DNA of 64,000 nucleotides from an uncultured Gemmatimonadales bacterium (GTDB taxonomy: Bacteria > Gemmatimonadota > Gemmatimonadetes > Longimicrobiales > RSA9), in contig CAVUKA010000005.1 of NCBI GenBank assembly GCA_963741945.1, positions 587,434 to 651,433 on the forward strand, written 5' to 3'. The notes beneath the pieces were generated by a model. That model saw only the letters and a program-made list of their open reading frames with translations. It did not search any database and was not told the DNA's origin. The translations under genes and the position numbers were made by a program. Shown piece by piece: positions 11,522 through 20,901 of this stretch. Position 1 is the stretch's first letter; every line of letters begins with the position of its first letter.

Positions 11522-13502
11522 CGTCCAGCCGAACGCGCGCGGGGTTGACCTGGGCGTCCGCGGGCGCGGTCATGGTGCTGTGGGTGGTGGCGGCATCATA
11601 CCAGCGATGGTCCCAGCTCTCGGCCGGATGGCTCCCCGGAACGGACGCGTACATGCGCCTCTTGCGCGTCCAGCGTCTGCTCGGGGGCGCCGGCTGGTTC
11701 GATGGGTCGATTCCGCGCAGCAACGTTCCCTACGGCGAGATGCTGCACTGGACCCGTCCCCTGGACGTGCTCATCGTCGCGGTCGCAATGGTCGTCAAGC
11801 CCTTCTCCCACGATCCACTGCTCACCACCGCTCTCGTCCTCCCGCCCGCGCTGATGATCGCGGCGGCCGTTGCGGCCGCCTGGATGGTCAGGCCCCTGTT
11901 GCAGGAGCTGTCGGCTCCGCTCGCGGCGATCTTATTCGTGGGCCAGCCCGTGGTCTTCGCCTACGGATTCCCCGGTCGTGCCGATCACCATCACCTCATC
12001 CTGCTGGCTGCTCTCATTCTTTTCGGCGCCATGGTACGGCTGCTCATCCGCCCCAGCTACGACATGGCTGTCGTCGCCGGGCTGGCAGCCGGATTCGGAA
12101 TGTGGGTCAGCGTCGAAGCGCTGCTCGCGTACGCCATCGTGACGGTGGTACTCGGACTTGCCTGGCTGAGGGGCGACACGCGGGCGTGGGCGCGGTCAAC
12201 CTGCGCTTTCACGCCGCCGCCGCGCTGGTCGTGGCGGTCTCGATCATCGTGGAGCGGCCTCCGGCCCAATGGCTGGATGTCTTCCTGGACCGCGTCAGCG
12301 TGGTTCATCTCCTCGTCTGCCTCGGCCTCGTGGCCTTCTGGGCGCTCGTGGCCCCGCGGGTCGCGGACGCTGGCGCGAGATCGAGGATGGCTGCGGCGGC
12401 GCTGTCCGGGGGTGCCATAGCCGCCCTCATTGCCGCTGTCGCACCGGCCTTCTTCCTCGGGCCGTACGCGAGCCTCGATCCGGCCCTGGTGGCTGTCTGG
12501 CTCCCCGGCATCAGCGAAGTCCACCCGGAAACGCTGACGCCGCGCCGGATCCTGCTGCACCTGGGCGCACCCGCCGTGGCTCTCGCCGCAACCGCCGCGG
12601 CAGCGCTGCGGACGGCGAGCCACCGGCCCGCGCGAGCGGCGCTCCTGGTCCCCCTTTCGGTCACCCTGGTCCTCGGGATCTTTCAGTTCCGCTGGCTCCT
12701 GTATGCCGAAGCACTCGGGGCCGCGTTGCTGGCCGTCGCCATCTCCGACGCCTCCGTCACCCTGCGCGGCTCCCCTCTCCAGCCCTGGGTCCGTAGCACG
12801 CTGGCGGTGGCGGGCACGTTCGGATGGGTGGTGGTCGGAAGCCTGCCGTGGCCAACGGCCAACTCCGCACCCGAGTTCGCATCCACATCCGGCTGCTCCG
12901 ATCAGCAGGCCGTCGCCGCGCTCGATGGCCTCGGCCCGAGCACCATCGCCACGTACGTCGATCTCGGGCCGGTGATCCTCTATCATACATCGCACGCGGT
13001 GCTGGCCGCCCCCTACCTCCACAATTCCGGCAACCGGGTGGTCATCGGGACACTGGACGCTCCGCTCGCCGAGGCCGACCCGGCCGAGCTCCGGGAGCGC
13101 GGCGTGAATTTGGTGCTGGTGTGCCCGGCCGGAAGGGACGCATACCTCGTGGCGGAGCGCGACGGGCGGGAGACCCTGTACGGCGCCCTCGTCCGGGGCC
13201 GCCATCCCGCCTGGCTCACACCCGTAGGAGATCCGGTTGAAAGTGCACCGGTTCGCCTCTACCGTCTGACGGGGAGCGCCGTCCCTGTTGCGCACCGCGG
13301 CTCTCGCGTGTCTCGCGCCGGAACAGAGTGGCCCGACGCCGCATCCGCCGCGAGGGCGAACAGTGGCGTATCCACGCGAATTCCGGCCGGTCGACGGCGT
13401 GCCAGAGGCGAGGAACGGCCCATGCCCTTTCGACGGGCATTTCGAGTCCACCCGGGCAACCCATGGCTGATCGCATCGTGGAAATCGGACACCCTCTCGT
13501 AA
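11518..13502 (+). CDS. GT-C-fold glycosyltransferase-like protein (STT3/AglB-like), copy 2; frameshifted near 12195
   Basis: Paralog of 9725-11521 (TDAYMRLLRV, LHWTRPLD, GRADHH, YVDLGP...AAPYLHN); one missing G in tgg gcg cgg tca ac breaks the WARVN segment seen intact in copy 1. Confidence 0.65.
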
Positions 13503-14236
13503 GCGTCATCCTCCCGGCGCGCGACGAAGCGGGCACCATCGCCGAGGTGGTGCGCCGGGTCGCGGCTTCCGTGGAGCGACGGGGCTGGAGCTACGAGATC
13601 GTGCTCGGAGACTCCGCGTCGTCGGATGACACCGTCGCCCGTGCCCTGGAAGCCGACCCCCGCCTGCGGGTCGTGCGCGCCGAACGCCCCGGAAAGGGAT
13701 TCGCCCTCACACGGGCGTTCCTGCACGCACGCGGCCAGATCCTTGCCTTCATGGACAGCGACCTCGACCTCGCCCCGGAAGACCTTCCCGCCCTCATCGA
13801 CGCCGTTCTCGCCGGCGCCGCCTGCGCCGCCGGCGCCAAGACCGGCGCCGCCCTGGCGTCACGACCATTCTTCCGTCGCATCGCGAGCAGGGCTGTGAAC
13901 GTGGCCGCCCGCTTGGCGCTGCGCAGCGGCATCAGCGATCATCAGACCGGAATGAAGGCGTTCGATGGGGCGGCGCTCCGGGCCGTCCTCCCCGAAGTCA
14001 TGGAAGCCGGGTGGCTCTGGGACACCGAAGTCCTATGGCGCCTCGGCCAGAGGGGTTCGGCCGTGGTCCAGGTTCCCGTGGGCCTCTCGGGAGCGCGGGA
14101 CGGCGCCTTCCGGAGCTGGCCGGACAGGATCACAGGGCTCGCGCAGGTCTTGTCGCTGTACGCACGCCTCTCCCGCGAGCCGGCACGGAACCCCGCGCAT
14201 GCCGATGCGGTAGCGTCGGGCCGATCCCGCAGGTAG
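13463..14236 (+). CDS. GT2 glycosyltransferase, polyprenol-phosphate sugar synthase-like (DPM/DPG synthase family)
   Basis: VSVILPARDEA, DSASSDDT, GKGFAL, FMDSDL, SDHQTGMKAF, WLWDTEVL. Confidence 0.85.
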   Translation: MADRIVEIGHPLVSVILPARDEAGTIAEVVRRVAASVERRGWSYEIVLGDSASSDDTVARALEADPRLRVVRAERPGKGFALTRAFLHARGQILAFMDSDLDLAPEDLPALIDAVLAGAACAAGAKTGAALASRPFFRRIASRAVNVAARLALRSGISDHQTGMKAFDGAALRAVLPEVMEAGWLWDTEVLWRLGQRGSAVVQVPVGLSGARDGAFRSWPDRITGLAQVLSLYARLSREPARNPAHADAVASGRSRR

Positions 14237-14238
14237 GA

Positions 14239-16419
14239 ATGCCGCCCCGGGCGGACCGTTCGGACTCGCGTCCCGCAGGTGCCGTCCCGTCTTCGCGCCC
14301 GGCACACGGGTCGTTGATCGGCATTTCCCTCCTCTTCGCCCTCGTTGCGGTGGCGTACGGCACCGGAGTCCGGCCACTTCTGCACCCCGGACCTCCAGTG
14401 TTCGGCGATCTCGGCGGCCATATGGTGCCGATCCGTGAGGGAGTGGAAGCGCTCCGCCAGGGTCACCTCCGGGGATGGTCCTACAGCTGGTTCGGCGGAT
14501 TCCCCCGATTCTACTTCTATTTCCCGCTGCCCTCCATCCTCGTGGCGGCGCTGTCGATGGTGCTGGGGCTCGGCCGGGCCGCGATGCTGGGCGTGCTCGT
14601 CGGGCCGCTGCTCCTGCCGCTCGCGGCCGCATCCCTGGTTACCGCATCGGGCGGCACACGGCGAGGCGCGATCCTGGTCGCAGCGGGATCGGCGGTCTTC
14701 CTCCTCTCCCGCTCGCTCGGGCTGGACGGGGGAACGCTCGAATCGGCCATCGTCGGTGAGTTCTCGTACGGCATCGCCATGCCTCTCGCGCTCTTCTACC
14801 TGGCGTCGCTCCCCGAGCTGCTGCGCGGACGCCGCCTCACCCGGTTCGCGCTCTCGGCCGTGCTGCTCGCGCTCACGGCCCTTTCGCACGTCCTCGTGAC
14901 CGCCGTCGCCATCGTGGCTTCCCTAGCCCTGCTCCGGCGCCGGCGGGACCTGATGACCGCGGCCGCCACCTGGGTCTTCGCCTTCCTCCTCACCGCCTGG
15001 TGGAGCGTGCCTTTCCTGTGGTTCGCCGGCGAGATGGGGGATCTGGCCTGGAAACCGTTGTCGCCCGCGCAGCTTTCTGCCGCGTTGATCGAAGGAATCC
15101 CCCTCGGGGTCCTGGGCGTTCTCGCGTTCACGTGGCGAAGCCCGGCCCTTGGTGAACGGTTCTACCGCCTCGCAGCCGTGTTCGCGGTCCTGGCCCTCGT
15201 CCCTCTCCTGGTCCCTCACACCCCCTTCTACTCCGGGCGGCTCCTCCCCTTCGGGATGTGGGCAGCGTCCGCGCTCGCCGCTGTCGCCGCATGGCAGTGT
15301 CTCCAGGCTCTCGCGGCTCGCCGCCACCTCGTCCGCACGGGGATCGGGCTCCTGGCATTGGCGGCCGCCCTCGTCGTTGCGGTCCTCCGTCCCCCCCCAC
15401 GCGGGCTCGCCGAAGCCAACTTCGGCGGCATGCGGGCGGCCGTCGACTACCGCGACTGGCTGTCCCTGCAACAGCGTGTCCAGCGGCTCCCCGCGGGAGC
15501 GGTTGCGGAGGCTTCGCTCTTCGAGCGCGACGCGGCGCGCCCGCGCTTCATCTCCGATGGCGGGCTTCTGCAACTGGAGCGGCTCACCGGCCACCGGACG
15601 GTCGGGGGGACGTGGCGGGAATCCAGCCCCAGAGGTTCATACGAGTTTCGCGCGCGCGGACACCTCCGCGCGGACACCTCCTCCATGACCACCGGGTTCC
15701 CGGCGCGCAGTCCGGATCGCGGCCTCGGGGTCCGGCAGGCCCGCCTGCTCGGGGCCCGCTTCCTGTTCGTCTCCGGATCCACCACCGCGCTCGATACCAT
15801 CTCCTGGCCCAGTACCCGAGAGATCGCCCGGGACTCCACCTGGCGGTTGTTCGAGATCGCCGATGCGGCCATCGCGCGCACGCTCCGCCGCTTCACGCCC
15901 ACCCCTGCAGACTCGTTCGCCCTGGCAGCCGCCCGCTGGTTCGAGGACGGGGGTCGGAGTGCTCTCCCCGTCCGGATCGACGCCGCCGAAGCGCCGACCA
16001 CGGGGGGGCTGCCGGAGCCCGCGCGAATCGACGAGTCCGCCATCACCATGAGCCCGGAGGAAATCCTGATCCCGGGTGCGGTGCCCGGCCAGCCCCTGCT
16101 GGTTCGGCTGTCCTTCTTCCCGAACTGGAAGCTCGCAACGCCGGGACGCGGGCCCTACCGCGCCGCACCCAACGACATGCTGATCATCCCCCGCTCCGAG
16201 ACCATCCGCCTGGTCTGGCGCCCCGGCTGGCCCGAACGCGCCGGCCTTGCCGCGAGTGTCGGGTCTGCTCTCGTCCTGCTCCTCCTCCTCGGCACGGCCC
16301 TGGCCCGCCGTCGCCGCCGCCCACCCTCGCCGTCCTCCTCCCCGCTCCGCCCCCATGGAACGCTCGCCGCGGGCTCCCCCCGTCACGCGGTCGAAGACCC
16401 TGAGGAACTGTGCCTGTGA
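14239..16419 (+). CDS. Multi-pass membrane protein of 'PTPS-related membrane domain' type (probable GT-C glycosyltransferase), copy 1
   Basis: GDLGGHM, GWSYSWFGGFPRFYFYFPLP, GGTLESAIVGEFSY, ALSH, C-terminal LVRLSFFPNW followed by a TM helix. Confidence 0.65.
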   Translation: MPPRADRSDSRPAGAVPSSRPAHGSLIGISLLFALVAVAYGTGVRPLLHPGPPVFGDLGGHMVPIREGVEALRQGHLRGWSYSWFGGFPRFYFYFPLPSILVAALSMVLGLGRAAMLGVLVGPLLLPLAAASLVTASGGTRRGAILVAAGSAVFLLSRSLGLDGGTLESAIVGEFSYGIAMPLALFYLASLPELLRGRRLTRFALSAVLLALTALSHVLVTAVAIVASLALLRRRRDLMTAAATWVFAFLLTAWWSVPFLWFAGEMGDLAWKPLSPAQLSAALIEGIPLGVLGVLAFTWRSPALGERFYRLAAVFAVLALVPLLVPHTPFYSGRLLPFGMWAASALAAVAAWQCLQALAARRHLVRTGIGLLALAAALVVAVLRPPPRGLAEANFGGMRAAVDYRDWLSLQQRVQRLPAGAVAEASLFERDAARPRFISDGGLLQLERLTGHRTVGGTWRESSPRGSYEFRARGHLRADTSSMTTGFPARSPDRGLGVRQARLLGARFLFVSGSTTALDTISWPSTREIARDSTWRLFEIADAAIARTLRRFTPTPADSFALAAARWFEDGGRSALPVRIDAAEAPTTGGLPEPARIDESAITMSPEEILIPGAVPGQPLLVRLSFFPNWKLATPGRGPYRAAPNDMLIIPRSETIRLVWRPGWPERAGLAASVGSALVLLLLLGTALARRRRRPPSPSSSPLRPHGTLAAGSPRHAVEDPEELCL

Positions 16420-18486
16420 GCCGGAACACCGCGTGGATCGCCGCTGCGCTCGCTCCGCTGCCGCGGCGATCCTCTACGGTATCGGCACGCTCCCCCTCCT
16501 CCACCCTGAGACTCCCGTCCTCGGCGACCTCGGCGGGCACATGGCCCCGATCCGGGAGTCCATCGAGTCGCTGCGCCGCGGCGGGCTGCGGGGCTGGTCC
16601 TACTCCTGGTTCGGTGGATACCCGCGATTCTACTTCTATTTCCCGCTTCCCACCCTTGCCATCGCCGGGCTGGCCAGCGTCCTGCCACTCGCCGTAGCGG
16701 TGATGCTGGTGGTGCTGGCCGGGCCGTTCCTCACGCCCCTGGCCGCGGGGGCGCTGGTCGTGGCCACGGGGGGCACGAGCACCGGCGCGGTGGTCGTGGC
16801 CACGGGATCGGCGTTCTTCCTCCTGTCGCATGCTCTCGGCCTGGCGGGCGGAACGCTGGAGGCGGCGGTCGTGGGCGAATTCTCCTACGGGCTCGCTTTC
16901 CCGCTCGGGCTTCTGTACCTCGCCTCGCTGCCGCCACTGTTCCGGCGCCGGACCGCGTCGGCGTTCGCGCTTTCGTCTCTCCTCCTGGCCGGGACGGCGC
17001 TGTCCCATGTCCTCGTTACGGGCGTCGTCGTCCTGGCCTCGACGGTGCTTGCCCGGAAGCGCGACGGGTGGTGGCTGATCGGGAGCTGGGTCGCTGCGTT
17101 CTGCGTTTCCGCGTGGTGGACGCTCCCGTTCCTCTGGTATCGCGGCGAGATGAGCTCGCTCCACTGGGGTCCGCTACCCGCACCACAGGTCGATGCGCTT
17201 CTGTACGAGGGAGTGCCGGCGGCGGTGCTGGCGGTATTGGCGTTCGCCTGGCGCGGCCCGCACGTGGGGCGGGGGTTCTATCGCGTAGCAGGCGTGTTCA
17301 TCGCGGCTTCGATGATCCCCCTGGTGGTTCCCGATTCCCCGATCTACCGGGCCCGCCTCATGCCCTTCGCTTTCCTGGCGATCAGCGCGCTGGCCGTACT
17401 GGCGGTCTTGCAGTCGGTCGAGGCCATGGCTGCGCGACGGCATCGAGGCCGCGCCGCCGTGGGCGTCCTCGGGCTGGGCGCCCTTCTGGGCCTGGTTGCC
17501 CTGAGAGACACGCCGCGCCGTGCGGCAGAAGTGATATTCGGCGGTACGGCCTCCGCCGCGGACACCACATCGTGGCGGGCGCTTCTGGAGGAGCTGGACC
17601 GCCTGCCGCCCGGGGCCGTGCTGACGGCGGCGCGTTTCGAGCCGGACGGTGGCGGCGAGCGCACGGCGCGCCTCCTCGGCGATGGCGGATTCCGGCACCT
17701 CGCCGGATGGACGGGTCGGCGTATCATCGGCGGGCTGTGGCAGGAATCCGGCCGCAGCAGCCCGTACGTCACCCGTGCGCGCGCCAACCTCGCGGGGGGT
17801 GGAACCACGCTGGCTGCCGCCGGCGACGAAGGAGTCCCGGATGCGGCGCTGGGGGTCCGTCAGGCGCGCCTCCTCGGGGCGCGGTTCATCGTGCTGGCCG
17901 GCGACCCGCGATTCCTCGCCCGCGCTATTCTCCCGGGCACACTGGAGTTGGCCCGCGACTCGATCTGGCGCCTGTACGAGATCCACGATGCGGCCGTCGC
18001 GCTCGGTCCGGGCCTCCTGCGACCGGTCCCCAGTGACTCTCTCCCCCTCGCCGCAGCCGCCTGGTTCCGGTCCGGCGGCCGTGAACCGCTCCCCGTGTCC
18101 GCTCCCGGCAGCACGGTGCCGGCGGCCGCGAGCGGAGCTCCCGTCCGGGTTCCGGAATCGGCCGTGCGCCTCCTGCCGGGAGAGATCAGGGTGACGGGGC
18201 GCACCCCGGTGTCCCGATGGTGCTCCGGCTGTCGTACTTCCCGAACTGGCGCCTGGCGTCGCCGGGTGTCGGCCCGTTCCGGGCCGCGCCAAGCCATATC
18301 CTCGTGGTCCCCGCCTCCCGTGAGGTCCGCCTGGTCTGGCGCCCCGGCACGGCCGAGACGATCGGCACGCTCACGAGCATGATCGCCGCGGCGCTGCTCC
18401 TGGCGGCTCTCTCGATCCAGATGATGCGCCGATCCGGTCCGGACTCCACCCCCTTCCCGATCGTTCCCAGGCGTGTCGCATCGTGA
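16416..18486 (+). CDS. PTPS-related/GT-C membrane protein, copy 2; frameshift near 18205 (and possibly near 16452)
   Basis: Paralog of 14239-16419 (GDLGGHM, GWSYSWFGGYPRFYFYFPLP, GGTLEAAVVGEFSY); C-terminal VLRLSYFPNW lies in another frame (18217-18486); alternative in-frame GTG start at 16433. Confidence 0.65.
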
Positions 18487-18494
18487 CGGGCGCG

Positions 18495-18511
18495 TGTCCC
18501 GATGCGCGACA
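18495..18511. promoter_or_regulatory. Putative enhancer-binding-protein site TGT-N11-ACA (TGTC-N9-GACA palindrome)
   Basis: tgtcccgatgcgcgaca, about 75 bp upstream of a sigma-54-like element before flp. Confidence 0.4.
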
Positions 18512-18584
18512 AACCAGCCGTTCCCGCGATCGACCGGACACACGAAAGTCCAGCAATGGCGCGGAAAACCTGCGATGGCACGCG

Positions 18585-18600
18585 CGGCACGGCTCCTGTA
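18585..18600 (+). promoter_or_regulatory. Putative sigma-54 -24/-12 promoter for the flp operon
   Basis: CGGCACGGCTCCTGTA versus consensus TGGCACG-N4-TTGC; GG-N10-GT (mismatch at -12). Confidence 0.45.
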
Positions 18601-18743
18601 ACCAGTACCGTGCGAAGGCGGGTCGAGCGACCTGCCGGAACGGGGAGATTCCCCTATCGGGCGCCGGTTCGGGCGCCCGCCCCGATCGCCGCCCGACACT
18701 CGGGCAGTTACTCACCCGGTCCCGGTAGGGACGAGGAGGAACG

Positions 18744-18935
18744 ATGAAGGACCTGTGGAACAAGTTCCTGGCGGACGAGTCCGGCCAGGGCCTCGTGGAG
18801 TACGTGCTCATCATCGCGCTCGTGGCCATCGGTCTCGTGCTGGTGCTGACCGTCTTCCGCAACGCCATCGGCAAGATCTTCGACACGGTCTCCGAGACGC
18901 TGAACACCGCGCCGAACAACGCCTACGGCACCTGA
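18744..18935 (+). CDS. flp: Flp/Fap major pilin (Tad pilus)
   Basis: DESGQGLVEY cleavage/Flp motif, hydrophobic helix, 63 aa, strong RBS gaggagg. Confidence 0.95.
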   Translation: MKDLWNKFLADESGQGLVEYVLIIALVAIGLVLVLTVFRNAIGKIFDTVSETLNTAPNNAYGT

Positions 18936-18963
18936 TCGGCGCTGGCGGCTGGCGCAAACGTGG

Positions 18964-18991
18964 GCGGGTGGGGCGCTGGTGCCCCACCCGC
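18964..18991 (+). terminator. GC-rich stem-loop downstream of flp (attenuator or mRNA stabiliser)
   Basis: gcgggtggggc-gctggt-gccccacccgc, perfect 11-bp stem; no U-tract. Confidence 0.5.
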
Positions 18992-19028
18992 ACGCGCGCC
19001 GGAGGGAACCCCACGCGAACCGAAGCGA

Positions 19029-19562
19029 ATGTTCTCGACACTCCTAGCGATACCCGTTACTGTTGTCCTGATGCTCGGCGCCCTCACGGACGTCCGGGCT
19101 CGACGGGTGCCCAACGCCCTCGTCCTCGCGGGTCTCCCCCTCGCCCTGCTGGCCAGTGCCGGCGCCGGTGGGGTGGCGAGCATCCCGGGGGCGCTGCTGG
19201 GCGGGGTCATCGCGTTCGCGCTGGGCTTCGCCGCTTTCGGCATCGGCGCCATCGGCGGCGGGGATGCCAAGTTCCTGGTGGTCGGAGCGCTGGCCGTGGG
19301 CTGGAGCGGGCTGGTCCCGTACCTCCTGGCCTTCGGAGCGCTGGGTGGCGTGGTTGCGATTGCGGAGATCGTTCGCAGGCGCGCGGGGATCGAGGCCACG
19401 GTCATGACGCTCGACCTCGCGAAGCACGCCGCCACGCTGGGCGGCAGCGGTCATCGCGCCCGGCTGGGCGATGAAGGGCGACTGACGGTTCCGTACGCCG
19501 TGGCCGTGGCGGGAGCCGCGGCTCTTACTCTCTTCACCCCCTACGCGCAATGGCTCCATTGA
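19029..19562 (+). CDS. cpaA: A24 prepilin peptidase (CpaA/TadV)
   Basis: TDVRARRVPN, GGGDAKF, VPYAVAV motifs; follows flp. Confidence 0.9.
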   Translation: MFSTLLAIPVTVVLMLGALTDVRARRVPNALVLAGLPLALLASAGAGGVASIPGALLGGVIAFALGFAAFGIGAIGGGDAKFLVVGALAVGWSGLVPYLLAFGALGGVVAIAEIVRRRAGIEATVMTLDLAKHAATLGGSGHRARLGDEGRLTVPYAVAVAGAAALTLFTPYAQWLH

Positions 19563-20029
19563 TCAGGTCGCTGAAGCGGCGGGCTGCGCCGCAGCTGAAG
19601 GGGAGACGTCCCGGTCAGGCGGTGGTGGAGTTCGCGCTGATCGCGCCGATCCTGCTGCTCATCGTCATGGGGATGATCGACTTCGCCCGCGCCTGGAGCG
19701 CGGCCCACGTCATCGCCGACGCGGCGAGGGAAGGGGCCCGCTGGTCCGCCGTGGCCAACAACTCCACGCCGGACTCGGTCCTGCTACACGTGGGCCAGGC
19801 GCTTCAGAACGGGCGGCTGGACGCCAGCGGCCTGAGCCTCGGCTGCGGCACGCCGCCGTGCCTGGACGTGGACGACAGCGGCGGCGGCGGCGGCGGGGCC
19901 ACGGGGCAGCCGAGCACGGTGTATCTCGAGTACCCCTACCGGTTCAACCTGGTGGGGCCATTCCTCCGCTGGACCACGGGCCAGGGCACGATCACGCTGA
20001 AGAGCCGCATCGTGATGCGGAACGAATAG
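19550..20029 (+). CDS. tadE: TadE-like pseudopilin
   Basis: GQAVVEFALIAPILLLIVMGMIDF...AAREGAR. Confidence 0.9.
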   Translation: MAPLIRSLKRRAAPQLKGRRPGQAVVEFALIAPILLLIVMGMIDFARAWSAAHVIADAAREGARWSAVANNSTPDSVLLHVGQALQNGRLDASGLSLGCGTPPCLDVDDSGGGGGGATGQPSTVYLEYPYRFNLVGPFLRWTTGQGTITLKSRIVMRNE

Positions 20030-20042
20030 GAGAAGGACCCTC

Positions 20043-20849
20043 ATGAAGCAACGACGCGTCATCGTCATCCTCCTGCTCGCGCTGGCTGCGGCCGCGGTGG
20101 CCGGGTTCTCGACGCTCCGTTACCTGTCCACCCGCCCCGCCACGTCGGTGGCGGTGCGCCCGGACCGCACCGCCCAGGTGGTGGTGGCCGCGCGGCCGCT
20201 GCCGGTGGGCGCGCTTCTCACACGGGAAGACCTGAACGTGATCGAGTGGCCGGCCAGCACGGTGCCGGACAACTACGTAGCGGTTCCGGCCGATGCGGTG
20301 GGCCGGGGGCTCATGAGCCCCGTCCACATGAACGAGCCGATCCTGGCCAGCGACCTGGCCGAGAAGGGGAGCGGCGCGGGGCTGCCGATCACGATCCCGG
20401 AGGGGAAGCGTGCGCTCAGCATCCGCGTCAACGAAGTGGTTTCGGTGGCCGGGTTCGTGATCCCGTACACGCGGGTGGACGTGCTGCTGAGCCTGGATCA
20501 GGGCGGGGAGCCGCGCACGCAGATCATCCTCCAGGACATGACCGTCCTCGCCGCCGGGCAGGTGTCCGCCCGTGACGAGGAGGGCAAGCCGATGAGCTAC
20601 TCCGTGGTCACGCTGCTGGTCACGCCGCAGGAGGCCGAGAAGCTCACGCTGGCGAGCCAGCAGGGGCAGCTCCAGCTGGCGCTGCGCAACATGATCGACG
20701 TGGCGGAAGTCAGCACGGACGGGATCCGCAAGAGCGCGCTCATGACGGGCCCCACGCGGCGCACGCAGACGGGGCGCGTGGTCCCGCGGCCTGCCGCGCC
20801 ATCGGTGGAGCTGTACCGCGGCGGCGCGCGCTCGCTGCAGCGATTCTGA
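20043..20849 (+). CDS. cpaB: Flp pilus assembly protein CpaB/RcpC
   Basis: N-terminal TM, SAF domain (VVVAARPLPVG), GKRALSIRV, VAGFV, RVDV, VTLLVTPQEAEKL. Confidence 0.92.
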   Translation: MKQRRVIVILLLALAAAAVAGFSTLRYLSTRPATSVAVRPDRTAQVVVAARPLPVGALLTREDLNVIEWPASTVPDNYVAVPADAVGRGLMSPVHMNEPILASDLAEKGSGAGLPITIPEGKRALSIRVNEVVSVAGFVIPYTRVDVLLSLDQGGEPRTQIILQDMTVLAAGQVSARDEEGKPMSYSVVTLLVTPQEAEKLTLASQQGQLQLALRNMIDVAEVSTDGIRKSALMTGPTRRTQTGRVVPRPAAPSVELYRGGARSLQRF

Positions 20850-20901
20850 TCCGTTGCGGACTGGCGGATCTTGCATGAACACCAGGGAAAGGGCGCATGA
20901 C

